In this document: piece after piece, positions 47,731 to 58,347 of the stretch
How the letters are laid out: the number at the start of each line of letters is the position of its first letter
Numbering within the stretch: the stretch's first letter is position 1
NCBI GenBank assembly: GCA_041659365.1
Contig: JBAZYH010000004.1
Span: 164-64,163, forward strand
Origin: Minisyncoccota bacterium
Lineage (GTDB): Bacteria; Patescibacteriota; Minisyncoccia; Phycocordibacterales; GWA1-40-21
Length of the DNA stretch: 64,000 nucleotides
Direction of reading: 5' to 3'
Translations under genes and position numbers: made by a program
Notes under the pieces: generated by a model
Told to the model about the DNA's origin: nothing
Seen by the model: the letters and a program-made list of their open reading frames with translations, nothing else
The model's database searches: none

Positions 47731-48369
47731 ATGATAATCACTTACCAAGGAGTTGAATTTTTTAAGGTCCAGTTTGGAGATACTGTTCTTGCTTTTAATC
47801 CAATATCAAAAGAATCAAAATTTAAAAATACTAGATTTTTTGCTGACATAGCTCTTGTTAGTCTTAATCATCTCGATATGAATGGTACTGAGAATCTTTC
47901 ATACAACGGCAAGGAACCTTTTGTTATTTCTGGTCCAGGAGAATATGAAGTTAAAGATGTTTTTATAAAAGGTTTTGCTTCCAAGAGTATGTATGATGGA
48001 AAAGAAAGAGTAAATACTATTTATTCTGTGACTCTTGAAAATATGAACCTCTGTTTCTTAGGAGCTATTTCTGATATAAATCTTTCGAAAGAGGTTAAAG
48101 AGTCTTTAGGTGATGTTGATATACTTTTTGTTCCTATTGGAGATGATGGTGTTTTGGATGCTGCGAAAGCAGAAAAGCTTTCTGTTGAAATAGAGCCTAA
48201 AATTATTATTCCAATGCATTATGGTGAGATCGGTACTAAAGATGCTTTAAAGAGATACCTAAAGGAAGCTGGAGAAGATAATGTTAAACCAATAGATAAG
48301 TTGACCGTAAAGAGGAAGGATCTTGATGGTAAGTTAGGAGAGTCAGTAGTTCTTTCTTGTGGTGAATAG
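47731..48369 (+). CDS. MBL-fold hydrolase-like protein with degenerate metal motif
   Basis: ISGPGEYEVK, DVDILFVPIG, IIIPMHY; ATG at 47731. Confidence 0.82.
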   Translation: MIITYQGVEFFKVQFGDTVLAFNPISKESKFKNTRFFADIALVSLNHLDMNGTENLSYNGKEPFVISGPGEYEVKDVFIKGFASKSMYDGKERVNTIYSVTLENMNLCFLGAISDINLSKEVKESLGDVDILFVPIGDDGVLDAAKAEKLSVEIEPKIIIPMHYGEIGTKDALKRYLKEAGEDNVKPIDKLTVKRKDLDGKLGESVVLSCGE

Positions 48370-48393
48370 TTTTATTAATTTAATTTAAAAGAA

Positions 48394-50844
48394 ATGGCAG
48401 AAGAAAAAGAAATCAAAATTGAAGCTAAAACTTTAACGAATAGAAACATTTCAGCAGAAATGAAAGAATGTTATTTGGATTATGCTATGTCTGTTATTAC
48501 ACAGAGAGCTCTTCCTGATGTACGTGATGGATTAAAACCTGTTCATAGAAGGATTCTTTTTGCTATGCATCAAATGGGTCTTACCGCTGGAGGAAAAACA
48601 AGAAAATCTGCTGCAGTAGTGGGAGAAGTTTTAGGTAATTACCACCCACACGGTGATACTTCTGTTTATGAGGCAATGGTGAAGCTTGCTCAAGATTTTG
48701 CGCATAGATATCCAATGGTTATTGGACAGGGAAACTTTGGTAGTATCGATGGAGATTCTCCTGCTGCTATGAGGTATACTGAGGCAAAGATGTCTAAGAT
48801 TGCTGGTGAAATGCTCAAAGACCTCGACAAAGAAACTGTAGACTGGAGACCAAACTATGACAACACAAAGAAAGAGCCTGAAGTTCTTCCATCTGCTGTA
48901 CCAAACCTACTTTTAAATGGAACACTTGGTATTGCTGTTGGTATGGCTACAAACATACCCCCACATAATTTGGGCGAAGTTATTGATGCGACTCTTCATT
49001 TGGCAGATAATCCCGAAGCAACCACAGAAGATCTTTTGCAGTTTATAAAAGGGCCAGATTTTCCAACAGGAGGAACTATATATAATCAAGTGGATATACA
49101 GCACGCTTACTCTACAGGAAGAGGCGGTGTTGTAACTAGAGGTCAAGCAGAAATTATCGAAGACAAGAAAGGTATGTTTCAGATAATAATTACTTCTATT
49201 CCTTATAGAGTAAATAAAGCAGAGCTTATTATGTCTATTGCTGACCATGTTCGAGAGAAAAGAGTTGAAGGTATAAAAGGTCTTCGTGACGAGTCTTCAA
49301 AAGATATAAGAATCTCTATAGATTTAAAAAATGGAGTACAACCTCAAAGTATTTTAAATTATTTATATAAACATACCCAGCTTGAGGATACTTTTCACTT
49401 TAACCTCGTTGCTCTTATAGAAGGTATTCCAAAAACACTTTCACTTAAAACATTTTTAGATGAATTTCTTATCCACAGAAAAATAGTTATAAAAAGAAGA
49501 ACTGAATTTGATTTGAGAAAGGCTGAAGCCAGAGAGCATATTCTTCTTGGTTTGAAAAAAGCACTTGATCATATAGACGAAATAATTAAGCTTATTAAGA
49601 AGTCTAAAGATGTAGATGAAGCAAGAGCTCAGCTTATGAAAGTTTTTAAGTTTTCTGAACTTCAAGCAAACGCTATTCTTGAGATGAAGCTTCAAAAGCT
49701 CGCTGGTCTTGAAAGAAAGAAAATTGAGGATGAATTAAATGCAATTCAAGCTCTTATTAAAGATTTGAAGGATATACTTTCTAAACCAAAGAGAATTCTT
49801 CAAATTATTAAGGATGAACTTATTGAAATTAAACAGAAATACGGTGATGAAAGAAGAACGAAAGTCGTAAAAGGTGGAGTTAAAAATCTTTCAGAAGAGG
49901 ATCTTATTGCCGATGAACCAAGTATGCTCGTGCTTACTGCTGGAGGCTATGTAAAAAGAACAAATCCAGATGAATATAAAAAGCAAAAGAGAGGTGGGGT
50001 GGGTGTTATAGATCTCGACACAAAAGATGAGGATTTTATAACTCATTTCTTAACTGCCACAAATCACAATGATATTTTATTCTTTTCAGATAAAGGTAAG
50101 GCTTATCAGATTAAAATGTATGATCTACCAGAAGGTAAGAGGGCCACAAAGGGTAAGGCGATTGTAAATTTCTTGGCTGTATCAGGTGAAGAAAAGATTA
50201 CTTCAGTACTTGCGATGCCAAAAGAATTAAAGAACCTTAAACTTTCATTAATACTCGTTACAAAGAATGGTACAGCAAAAAGAGTAGATGCTGACGGTTT
50301 TAAAGACGTAAGGAGGAATGGTCTTATTGCTATAACTTTAGATAAAGGAGATGAGCTTAGATCCGCCCTGTTTATGTCAGAGGGAGATGAAGTAATACTT
50401 TCAACAGCAAAGGGTCAATCTATAAGATTTAAAGATAAAGATGTAAGAGTTATGGGTAGAAATGCTTCTGGTGTAAGGGGAATGAAACTTGGGAAAGGCG
50501 ATTATATTGTTGGTACAGATATTGTCAGAAAAGGAATGCAGAATCCAGAATTATTGGTTATAAGCTCAAATGGTTACGGTAAGAAAACTCCACTTGATGA
50601 ATATAAAGTTCAAGGAAGGGGAGGTTCTGGTATTAAGACTATGAAAGTCACTCCAAAGACAGGTGAAATTATTTCTTCTAAAGTTGTCACAGATGAAGAA
50701 GACGAAATTGCAGCTATTTCAAAAAAGAGTCAGGTCATAAGAGTCGGTGTAAAAGAAATTCCAAGTCTTGGAAGACAAACACAAGGAGTAAGAATAATGA
50801 AACTTAGAGAAGGAGATTCGATTGCATCGATTACTTGTATCTAA
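48394..50844 (+). CDS. gyrA: DNA gyrase subunit A
   Basis: [29 protein letters not shown], GyrA-box QKRGGVG. Confidence 0.98.
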   Translation: MAEEKEIKIEAKTLTNRNISAEMKECYLDYAMSVITQRALPDVRDGLKPVHRRILFAMHQMGLTAGGKTRKSAAVVGEVLGNYHPHGDTSVYEAMVKLAQDFAHRYPMVIGQGNFGSIDGDSPAAMRYTEAKMSKIAGEMLKDLDKETVDWRPNYDNTKKEPEVLPSAVPNLLLNGTLGIAVGMATNIPPHNLGEVIDATLHLADNPEATTEDLLQFIKGPDFPTGGTIYNQVDIQHAYSTGRGGVVTRGQAEIIEDKKGMFQIIITSIPYRVNKAELIMSIADHVREKRVEGIKGLRDESSKDIRISIDLKNGVQPQSILNYLYKHTQLEDTFHFNLVALIEGIPKTLSLKTFLDEFLIHRKIVIKRRTEFDLRKAEAREHILLGLKKALDHIDEIIKLIKKSKDVDEARAQLMKVFKFSELQANAILEMKLQKLAGLERKKIEDELNAIQALIKDLKDILSKPKRILQIIKDELIEIKQKYGDERRTKVVKGGVKNLSEEDLIADEPSMLVLTAGGYVKRTNPDEYKKQKRGGVGVIDLDTKDEDFITHFLTATNHNDILFFSDKGKAYQIKMYDLPEGKRATKGKAIVNFLAVSGEEKITSVLAMPKELKNLKLSLILVTKNGTAKRVDADGFKDVRRNGLIAITLDKGDELRSALFMSEGDEVILSTAKGQSIRFKDKDVRVMGRNASGVRGMKLGKGDYIVGTDIVRKGMQNPELLVISSNGYGKKTPLDEYKVQGRGGSGIKTMKVTPKTGEIISSKVVTDEEDEIAAISKKSQVIRVGVKEIPSLGRQTQGVRIMKLREGDSIASITCI

Positions 50845-51220
50845 GAAAAATAAAGAGAGAAACGATTATATTTTTCTAGACCCCGTGAAATATTTTGTTA
50901 ATACAAAATAAAACAACTGAGCTTAATTTTGTTCAGTTGTTTTATTTCACTGGGGTAGAGTAAGTAAGGTTTAATATGGAGCACGCGAAACCCCTTTTTC
51001 TTTTCCACATTTTTTATTAGCTTGTTTTTGGATATAGGTTTATAATAAGAGATAGTACGGAGAACCCAGTCATTTTTTTAAAGTTAATAAGGGTAATGTT
51101 TGGCTTTCGAAATTTACCCCGGTGAAATATCCGCCAAAGGCGGAGAAGACTTAAAAAAGTCTTCCTTTCATGGGGTGATGATTTTCTAAAGCTCATTATT
51201 ATTCGCTAAGAAAATCAATC

Positions 51221-51724
51221 ATGTTTTCAGACCCAGAAGAAATTATTCAACGATTTGAATTAATAAAAGCTAGTCATGTTGCTGACTTTGGTTCAGGATC
51301 AGGTTTTTATTCTTTTGCTGCAGCTGAAGCTGTTGGTGAAAATGGAGTAGTTTATTCTATAGATGTACAGAAAGATTTACTTCAAAAACTTAAAAATGAA
51401 GCAAGAAATGTTAGACATCTAACAAATATAGAAATAATTTGGGGAGATGTAGATAATATTGGTGGTACTAAGCTTAAAGAAGGTTCTATAGATGCAGTAA
51501 TTGCCGCAAACATATTTTTTCAACTTGAAAATAAAGAAAATGCCTGTTTAGAAATAAAAAGAATTCTTAAAAGTAAAGGCAGGGTACTTTTAGTAGATTG
51601 GATCAATGCCAACTCTTTTAATAAAGAAGAAGCACGAAAATTATTTATTAAGAATGGTTTTGCTGAGGAGAGAGAAATAGATGCTGGTGTTAAGCATTAT
51701 GGTTTAATTTTTATTAAAATATAA
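51221..51724 (+). CDS. Class I SAM-dependent methyltransferase
   Basis: VADFGSGSG motif I. Confidence 0.9.
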   Translation: MFSDPEEIIQRFELIKASHVADFGSGSGFYSFAAAEAVGENGVVYSIDVQKDLLQKLKNEARNVRHLTNIEIIWGDVDNIGGTKLKEGSIDAVIAANIFFQLENKENACLEIKRILKSKGRVLLVDWINANSFNKEEARKLFIKNGFAEEREIDAGVKHYGLIFIKI

Positions 51725-51727
51725 AAT

Positions 51728-53026
51728 ATGGATAATCTAAGTAATTTTGAAAAGATATTGTTGGTTGTTTTTGGCTTTCTCGCTGCTCTAGGTTTATTGG
51801 CTTTTTCTACTTACAAGACAAATAATAGTGGAGGTAGTGATATCGAAGTTGTTGTTTGGGGTAATTTAGATAAAATGTCTTTTGATAATTTTATTAGTAC
51901 TGTTATGGATGAACAGAATAAGAAATTAAATATAAAATATGTCCAGAAGAATTATGATACCTTAGACAATGATTTACTAGAATCCATAGCTTCTGGTGTT
52001 GCACCAGACACTGTTATATTATCTAATGAATTTATAAAGAAATATTCAGACAAGATTTATCCAATATCATACGAGACATTACCAGAAAGGACTTTTAAGG
52101 ATACTTATATTCAAGAGGCAGAATTACTTTTAAGACAGGATGGTATCTTTGGAGTTCCTTTTTTTGTTGATCCTCTTATTATGTATTGGAACAGAGATAT
52201 GTTTGCAAGCGCGGGTATAGCAAACCCTCCAGAGAAATGGTCCGAGTTCCCACTTTTAGCAAGTAAGCTTTCAAAGACTGATAGTAATGCAAATATCATT
52301 AAAAGCTTTGTTTCTTTTGGTGAATATAGAAACGTAAATAATATTAAGGGGTTATTGAGTTCTTTAATAATTCAGACTGGTAATCCGATTGTTAATTATA
52401 AAGATGGTAAATTTAAATCTTATCTTTTAAGTGAATCTTCAAATAGTAACTTCGGTGATGTAAGTTCTGCTATTAGTTTCTTTACTGAATATTCTAACCC
52501 TAAAAAGTCTGTCTATTCCTGGAATAGATCATTGCCGTTTTCTAAACAATCTTTCTTGAGTGAAGATCTGTCAATTTATTTTGGTATGTCATCTGAATAC
52601 AATAGTATAAAACAAAAGAATCCAAATCTTAATTTTGATATTTCCTTATTGCCTCAAGTTGTTGATACTAAAGCGAAGTCTACTTTTGGTGATTTTTATT
52701 CTTTTATATTTTTGAAGAATTCAAAGAATTTGTTAAATACTTACAATGTAGTTTCTTATATTACAGGCTCCGAATCGATAAAGGTCTTTCTTAAAAATTT
52801 TGATTTAGCTCCAGCGAGAAAGGATATTATTTCTTTGGGTACAAACGACCCAGTTAAAAATATTTTTTATAAGTCAGCTCTTATATCAAAGGGGTGGATA
52901 GATCCTGATACAAAAAAGACAGACCAAATATTTCAAAATATGATAGAAGATATAACTACAGGTAAACTGCAAGTGTCTGATTCTGTAAAAAAGGCGGGCA
53001 CAGAAATGAATTATTTGTTACAATAG
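51728..53026 (+). CDS. Extracellular solute-binding protein
   Basis: N-terminal TM, SGVAPD, PFFVDPLIMYWNRDMF, PPEKW. Confidence 0.85.
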   Translation: MDNLSNFEKILLVVFGFLAALGLLAFSTYKTNNSGGSDIEVVVWGNLDKMSFDNFISTVMDEQNKKLNIKYVQKNYDTLDNDLLESIASGVAPDTVILSNEFIKKYSDKIYPISYETLPERTFKDTYIQEAELLLRQDGIFGVPFFVDPLIMYWNRDMFASAGIANPPEKWSEFPLLASKLSKTDSNANIIKSFVSFGEYRNVNNIKGLLSSLIIQTGNPIVNYKDGKFKSYLLSESSNSNFGDVSSAISFFTEYSNPKKSVYSWNRSLPFSKQSFLSEDLSIYFGMSSEYNSIKQKNPNLNFDISLLPQVVDTKAKSTFGDFYSFIFLKNSKNLLNTYNVVSYITGSESIKVFLKNFDLAPARKDIISLGTNDPVKNIFYKSALISKGWIDPDTKKTDQIFQNMIEDITTGKLQVSDSVKKAGTEMNYLLQ

Positions 53027-53030
53027 ATTT

Positions 53031-53399
53031 ATGAGAAAAATTTTATTAAATTTATTTTTGGGTTTTATTATATTGTTACCTGTTTTATCTCATTCTGCTT
53101 TGATTAATAGTGGAGACCCAGAAACTTATAATCTAGATTCTATAAAAGGTATAATAAAGGAAGGTGTAAAATGGTTTTTTGGTATTGCAGCTTCAATAGC
53201 AGCAATAGGTTTTGCAGTTGCTGGAATAAAGATTTTGATTAACCCTGGTAGTAGTTCAGAAAGAGAGGCTGCAAAAGAGGTGTTTAAGAAGACGGCTATA
53301 GGTTTATTAATTGCTGTTGTTGGACCAGCTATCGTTGTGGCGATTATTAGAGAGTTCGTTAGTGATGGAACGAATCCTCTAAGGTTTTTTAATTTTTAA
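53031..53399 (+). CDS. TrbC/VirB2-like pilin
   Basis: Signal-like N-terminus and two TMs with a basic loop. Confidence 0.7.
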   Translation: MRKILLNLFLGFIILLPVLSHSALINSGDPETYNLDSIKGIIKEGVKWFFGIAASIAAIGFAVAGIKILINPGSSSEREAAKEVFKKTAIGLLIAVVGPAIVVAIIREFVSDGTNPLRFFNF

Positions 53400-53408
53400 A
53401 TAAAATAA

Positions 53409-53744
53409 ATGAAAAAAATAACAATTAATTTATTATCGATCATTATATTATCTTTTGTATTTATTCCTTTAATTTCCTCTGCTATTGGATTAACTGATCC
53501 TTTGGGGGGGATTGATATAAAAGATTTTATATCAAAAATTCTTAGTTATATCGTTAAGGTTGGTGGTGTCGTTGCGACCTTTGCTTTTATTTATACAGGT
53601 TTTCTGTTTGCTTTTGCAAAAGGTAATTCTGGAGCTTTAGAAAAAGCAAAAAGTGCTTTGATAGGTACGGTCATAGGTATGGCTATATTGTTGGGCGCGG
53701 AGCTTATAGGTAGTATGATTATGGATACTGTTTCTAGTATTTAA
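53409..53744 (+). CDS. TrbC/VirB2-like pilin
   Basis: IYTGFLF..AKGN...EKAK..IG pattern. Confidence 0.72.
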   Translation: MKKITINLLSIIILSFVFIPLISSAIGLTDPLGGIDIKDFISKILSYIVKVGGVVATFAFIYTGFLFAFAKGNSGALEKAKSALIGTVIGMAILLGAELIGSMIMDTVSSI

Positions 53745-53748
53745 TAAA

Positions 53749-54093
53749 ATGAATATTTCAAATATATATAAAAAGAATAAAATGAATTCCTTAAATCGTA
53801 TTTTTTTATTTTTTATTTTAATATTTTCTTTTTACTTTAAAACATCTTTTGCGGCTGAAACTTTTAGGGATATGGTAGAAAGGATTATTAGTACAATAAT
53901 AAAACCAGTAGGTGGTTTATTTGTTTCTGCCGCTTTGGTTGCTTTTGTTTGGGGTATAACAAAGTATATGAAGGGTGGTGGAATGGAAAAAGATGATGCG
54001 AAACAACTTATGTTTTGGGGGTTGATAGGTTTAACTGTAATTTCAGCAGTCGGTGCTTTTGTTGCTGCTTTTAAAAACACATTAGGTGTTTAA
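53749..54093 (+). CDS. TrbC/VirB2-like pilin
   Basis: FVWGITKY...AKQLMFWGLIGL. Confidence 0.72.
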   Translation: MNISNIYKKNKMNSLNRIFLFFILIFSFYFKTSFAAETFRDMVERIISTIIKPVGGLFVSAALVAFVWGITKYMKGGGMEKDDAKQLMFWGLIGLTVISAVGAFVAAFKNTLGV

Positions 54094-54183
54094 AAGTGTT
54101 TATAACTTATACATTGATAAATATACGTATAAGTATTATAATTTATTAGAAGTTAGAGGTCGTTAATTTATTTTTAAAAAAAG

Positions 54184-54495
54184 ATGAAAAAAGTATTAAT
54201 ATGGACTTTGTCTACGAGTACTCCGTTATTTGTTCTTGCTGAAGGTGGAGGTGTGGCGGATATGATTACGGCTGTTGGTACTGTTATAAATGCAATTTTA
54301 CCTGTTTTGGTGTCTCTTGCTGTTGTGTATTTTATTTATCAGGTTATACAGTATACTATTGCAGATGGTAGTGGTAAGGATACAAAGGGTATAGTTTGGG
54401 GGTTGATAGGTTTGACAATAATTGTAGGAGTTTGGGGATTTGTTAATGCTATTATGTCTACGTTAAGTATTAGTAGTATGGATCAATTGAATTGA
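54184..54495 (+). CDS. TrbC/VirB2-like pilin
   Basis: VIQYTIA...IVWGLIGLTIIVGVWG. Confidence 0.72.
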   Translation: MKKVLIWTLSTSTPLFVLAEGGGVADMITAVGTVINAILPVLVSLAVVYFIYQVIQYTIADGSGKDTKGIVWGLIGLTIIVGVWGFVNAIMSTLSISSMDQLN

Positions 54496-54568
54496 TATAA
54501 TTATTATAGTTTTTATTGTATAATTTAATAGTCGTTTATTTATTAGAAATAATTAAAAATTTGTTTTT

Positions 54569-54907
54569 ATGAAAAAAATTTTAATAGGTTCGGGTGTGGC
54601 TCTGTTTCCATTATTAACTCTCGCTGCTGGTCTTACTGATTTAGCTGATAAGGTTTCTGAACTCTTTAATAAAGCTTTACCTTTGTTAATTAGTTTTGCT
54701 GTTATTTACTTTGCATGGCAGGTTATTCAATATACTATTGCTGGAGATGAAGGTAAGAAAGAAAATGCAAAGATGGGTATCCTTTGGGGTATTGTTGGAC
54801 TTTTCGTTATTGTTTCTGTTTGGGGTTTGGTAGGATTCTTAGGAGACACCCTTGATATAGAGGCTGGTGGTGGTATTTCTTTGCCTGAATTACCACAAGG
54901 AGAATAA
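54569..54907 (+). CDS. TrbC/VirB2-like pilin
   Basis: VIQYTIAGDE..AKMGILWGIVGLFVIVSVWG. Confidence 0.75.
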   Translation: MKKILIGSGVALFPLLTLAAGLTDLADKVSELFNKALPLLISFAVIYFAWQVIQYTIAGDEGKKENAKMGILWGIVGLFVIVSVWGLVGFLGDTLDIEAGGGISLPELPQGE

Positions 54908-54909
54908 AA

Positions 54910-55215
54910 ATGTTTTCTTTATTTGTTCAAAAAGTATATGCACAGGGTGGTAATTTTGGTGGATCATCTGGATCAAACTTTGATTCAATCCTAACTAATA
55001 TCGCGACAAATATCGTTGAGCCAATAAACATGTTTCTTGCTGCCGCTGCTCTGATGTATTTTTTATGGGGTGTTTTTAACTTCATTAAAGGCGCTGATAA
55101 TTCTGGTAAAAGAGAAGAGGGTATTCAACATATAATGTGGGGTTTGTTTGGTTTAGTTCTTACAATCTCTGTAGAGGGTTTTATATCAGTGATCAAGAAT
55201 ACTTTAGGTGTATAA
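54910..55215 (+). CDS. TrbC/VirB2-like pilin
   Basis: VYA signal remnant; FLWGVFNFI...HIMWGLFGL. Confidence 0.72.
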   Translation: MFSLFVQKVYAQGGNFGGSSGSNFDSILTNIATNIVEPINMFLAAAALMYFLWGVFNFIKGADNSGKREEGIQHIMWGLFGLVLTISVEGFISVIKNTLGV

Positions 55216-55297
55216 GATAAACAAATATTAAAATAAAAAAAACGGGATGCGCCACAGAGACCAGAGGTCTAAGGGTGCATCCCGTTTTTGTCATCAT

Positions 55298-56110
55298 TCA
55301 TTCTTGAAAGATGACAAAACTGATCATTTTATTACATTTGTACTGCGGTTCGAGGGAGACTTTTCCAAAGTATTCTACCTCGTTACCTTTTTGTCTTTTG
55401 TTGAGGAACACTTTTCCTGTCCCCCCACTTCTCCTGTTCTTGTATGAACCGCTCCACCTCCACAACTCACTTTCATCTGTTAGTGCGTAGAGTTTTTCCC
55501 CATTGAACGTGCCATAACATTCTCTTGAACCTGTTACTGGTCCTAGTTTGTATCGGGCACCTTTTTCTGGTATTTGATCGTCGTTCGACAAATCAAATTC
55601 AATGGATGAATCTTCTCGTGTAATGAAGTGTACTTTAAACGTACCTCCAGGTATGTGAGGGTAGCCACTTGTGATACCCTCTGGTCTTTCCCACCTTAGT
55701 CGCCAGACCTTTTGCCTGACTTCTTTGGTGGGTTTTACCAGATTTGCTCCCTGTTGTATCCCTACACACTTAACGTACCCAGGCTTTCTCTCCATAATCC
55801 ATGGTATATAGCTATCCCAGATTGGATGCCAGAACCACCAGACTAGGATAACAGATCCGAGTATGATAACCCATTTAAGTATCTTTTTAATGGTATTATT
55901 CCAGAATATTTTTATTCGTATTCTGGGTATTTTGAAAGACGGGAAATATTTTCTAATAAACACACACAATATTATAACTACCAATATAATCCCAACTCCA
56001 AATATTCCCCATGTTGAATATGATAGATTTTCTTTTTTCCCTATTGTGAGGAAAAGAAGAATAACTACTGACCCAATCATAGATAATACTTTGATGATAT
56101 AGAGTATCAT
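55298..56110 (-). CDS. Hypothetical membrane-anchored protein
   Basis: Three N-terminal TMs; AAGGAGG SD; directly downstream of the SPFH gene. Confidence 0.7.
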   Translation of the reverse strand: MILYIIKVLSMIGSVVILLFLTIGKKENLSYSTWGIFGVGIILVVIILCVFIRKYFPSFKIPRIRIKIFWNNTIKKILKWVIILGSVILVWWFWHPIWDSYIPWIMERKPGYVKCVGIQQGANLVKPTKEVRQKVWRLRWERPEGITSGYPHIPGGTFKVHFITREDSSIEFDLSNDDQIPEKGARYKLGPVTGSRECYGTFNGEKLYALTDESELWRWSGSYKNRRSGGTGKVFLNKRQKGNEVEYFGKVSLEPQYKCNKMISFVIFQE

Positions 56111-56119
56111 TTGACCTCC

Positions 56120-57151
56120 TTATGGTCCTGGAATAACAACATTAGCTGCATTACCACCGAGGCTAAGGTATTTTAATTCCTTATTCTCCGAGATAGATTG
56201 CGCTGTTAATACACCAACGAAGGTTTCACCTTTACCTCCGAGCGAATCAAGTTTTTGCTTCAGTACTTTTGCTTCAGCTTGACCCGTCCTCTCTTTAGCT
56301 TTTGCTATACCCTCTGCTGTTATCTCAGCTGTCTTTGCTTTTATTGCTGCAACTCTTTGTTCCTTTTCTGCTGCTGTGATATCTGCATCTCCTAACAATT
56401 CTTTATCTGATTTAGCTTTGAGTACTTTTTGAAAGTCCTCTTCAGGTTCTATATCCATGATGTCGACAGTGCGTATTTCTATACCTGCGACACTTTTAGG
56501 ATCACTATGTAAAAGTACTGCTTTTTCTATCTTTGCTTTTATTGCCCCAGTACTTTTTTGTGTCATTACGCTCATTGGTTTAATACCACCAACAACACCA
56601 CGTAATGAGTCTTTTGCAGGATTGATAAAATATGAAGGCCAATTTGGTCCTAGTGATATTGTTTTCGCCGGGTCCATTATTTCAATTCCAATTCTTGTTT
56701 TGAAATTAAATTTAATTGTTCCTCTTGATTCTACATCCCTATATTCAACAGGATATGCTGATCTAAAAAACATTGATTCAGCAGTTACAGTTTCTCCTTC
56801 AGGTGAAGTACCATCTATAAGTCTCTTTGGAAACTCGTATTTATAAATGGAACATAAACCTATCCATCTTACGCCGAACAGTTGCCAAAATATACTGCCC
56901 CTATTTCCTTGGTGAAATTTTTCTTCACCATTTTCAATCAGTCCGGTTTCTTCGTTAATATGTTTACCAAGACCTTTTAGGTTGGCAAGATATTGAACCA
57001 CTGGACCACCAATAGTCTTTATAACGAACTTAATACGTCCGTTTTTTATACTCGTAACCAGGATGTTTTTTTCTGCTAAAGCAGAAAAGCTCAACCGAAG
57101 TCCAAGATATAAAACAGATAATAAGAATACAATACTCAAGAAGAACAACAT
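56120..57151 (-). CDS. SPFH/band 7 domain protein
   Basis: N-terminal TM, GIEIRTVDIMDI, Ala/Glu/Lys-rich coiled coil; AAGGAGG SD before ATG 57151. Confidence 0.75.
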   Translation of the reverse strand: MLFFLSIVFLLSVLYLGLRLSFSALAEKNILVTSIKNGRIKFVIKTIGGPVVQYLANLKGLGKHINEETGLIENGEEKFHQGNRGSIFWQLFGVRWIGLCSIYKYEFPKRLIDGTSPEGETVTAESMFFRSAYPVEYRDVESRGTIKFNFKTRIGIEIMDPAKTISLGPNWPSYFINPAKDSLRGVVGGIKPMSVMTQKSTGAIKAKIEKAVLLHSDPKSVAGIEIRTVDIMDIEPEEDFQKVLKAKSDKELLGDADITAAEKEQRVAAIKAKTAEITAEGIAKAKERTGQAEAKVLKQKLDSLGGKGETFVGVLTAQSISENKELKYLSLGGNAANVVIPGP

Positions 57152-57322
57152 GATATACCTCCTTGCACTTTGTGGGTGCGATTCATTTGTCAATGATCAG
57201 TCGAAAAGGGGAAAGCACACGCTTTCCACCAGACTTATCTCTGTCTATAATGATAGCATATTTAGAAAGAAAAGTCAATAATGATGTTGCCTATTTTTAT
57301 GGCTTATTGTATACTTGTTTTG

Positions 57323-57654
57323 CCTTTATATCGGGTAGCTACTCCAATCGTAAGGTTGGGGAGGAAAGTCCGAACACAGCCATTCTTTTGAGTGGAGTAG
57401 GGTAGCGGGTAACGCCCGTCTAGAGTAATCTAAGAGGTGCGAACAGTGACGCCAATGCCGAAAGGCTAGGGTTCCTTCGGGAATAATCTTATTGGAAAAT
57501 AAGAGTGCAACGGCAAAATTCCTTACCTCTGTGCAAGGCCGTGTCCGCTTTATGCGGAAGTGCCGCTTGAGCTAAATAGTAATATTTAGCCCAGATAAAT
57601 GGTTATCCGATTGTAGTAATACAGTCGACAGAATTCGGCTTATAGATGTAGAGG
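57323..57654 (+). ncRNA. rnpB: RNase P RNA
   Basis: GAGGAAAGTCCG and ACAGAATTCGGCTTA P4 signature; P1 pairing CCTTTATATC/GATGTAGAGG. Confidence 0.95.
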
Positions 57655-57663
57655 TTATGGGAG

Positions 57664-57695
57664 GGGCGCGCCTAACGGCGCGTCCCTTTCTCTTT
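57664..57695 (+). terminator. Intrinsic terminator after rnpB
   Basis: GGGCGCGCC-TAAC-GGCGCGTCC followed by a pyrimidine run. Confidence 0.7.
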
Positions 57696-57780
57696 GTATT
57701 TATTGTTTATAAAAATTGAAAATTTTTAATTATATCAATTTTAATCTATACTTCTTTTTTTACTAGAATGATAATATAAA

Positions 57781-57814
57781 TTTACACATATACGCTATAG
57801 CGTATATGTGTAAA
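57781..57814. repeat. Perfect 34-nt palindrome upstream of the Cas2-like gene
   Basis: TTTACACATATACGCTA|TAGCGTATATGTGTAAA. Confidence 0.92.
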
Positions 57815-57831
57815 AAGTATATAATATATAA

Positions 57832-58215
57832 ATGAGCAAATATAATTATAAAGGAATATGGGTTAACTCTTTTGGTATTCCGACAAGTAGTCCTGATTTC
57901 AATAGAAGAAAAAATACAATCGATAGAACAAGGGATATTTATAATATGTCTTTTTCATCTAATTTTAAAAAAGATTCGCCAAAGAACCTAATAGTTGTTT
58001 ATGATATTCCTGAAGAAAAGAAGAAGGAAAGAGACTGGTTCCGTCGTAATTTAAAAAGGCTCGGTTTTATAATGATTCAAAGAAGTATCTGGGTTGGGCC
58101 TTCACCACTACCAAAAAGTTTCGTTGATTATGTTAAATCAATAGGATTAAAAGATAAAGTAAAAATCTTTAGATTAGCAAAAGAATATTCAGAAAAAAAT
58201 AATAATTTTAATTAA
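57832..58215 (+). CDS. Stand-alone Cas2-like / PaaX central-domain protein
   Basis: LIVVYDIPEEKKKERDWFRRNLKRLGFIMIQRSIW. Confidence 0.8.
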   Translation: MSKYNYKGIWVNSFGIPTSSPDFNRRKNTIDRTRDIYNMSFSSNFKKDSPKNLIVVYDIPEEKKKERDWFRRNLKRLGFIMIQRSIWVGPSPLPKSFVDYVKSIGLKDKVKIFRLAKEYSEKNNNFN

Positions 58216-58252
58216 TACACATATACGCTATAGCGTATATGTGTATTAATTA
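58209..58252. repeat. Perfect 44-nt palindrome downstream of the Cas2-like gene
   Basis: Same 30-nt core as 57783-57812. Confidence 0.92.
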
Positions 58253-58347
58253 GTCACACTTTGTAGTAAATTGATTATAAATAATACTATTTTATTAACA
58301 GTTTTATTTTAACACCTAATCTTGTATACTAGAATAAATATAAAATA

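Noticed and set aside
57781-58252. CRISPR-Cas locus around the Cas2-like gene (also 31137-31415)
   Set aside because: Only two palindromes flanking a gene; no repeat-spacer array, cas1 or effector genes in the window
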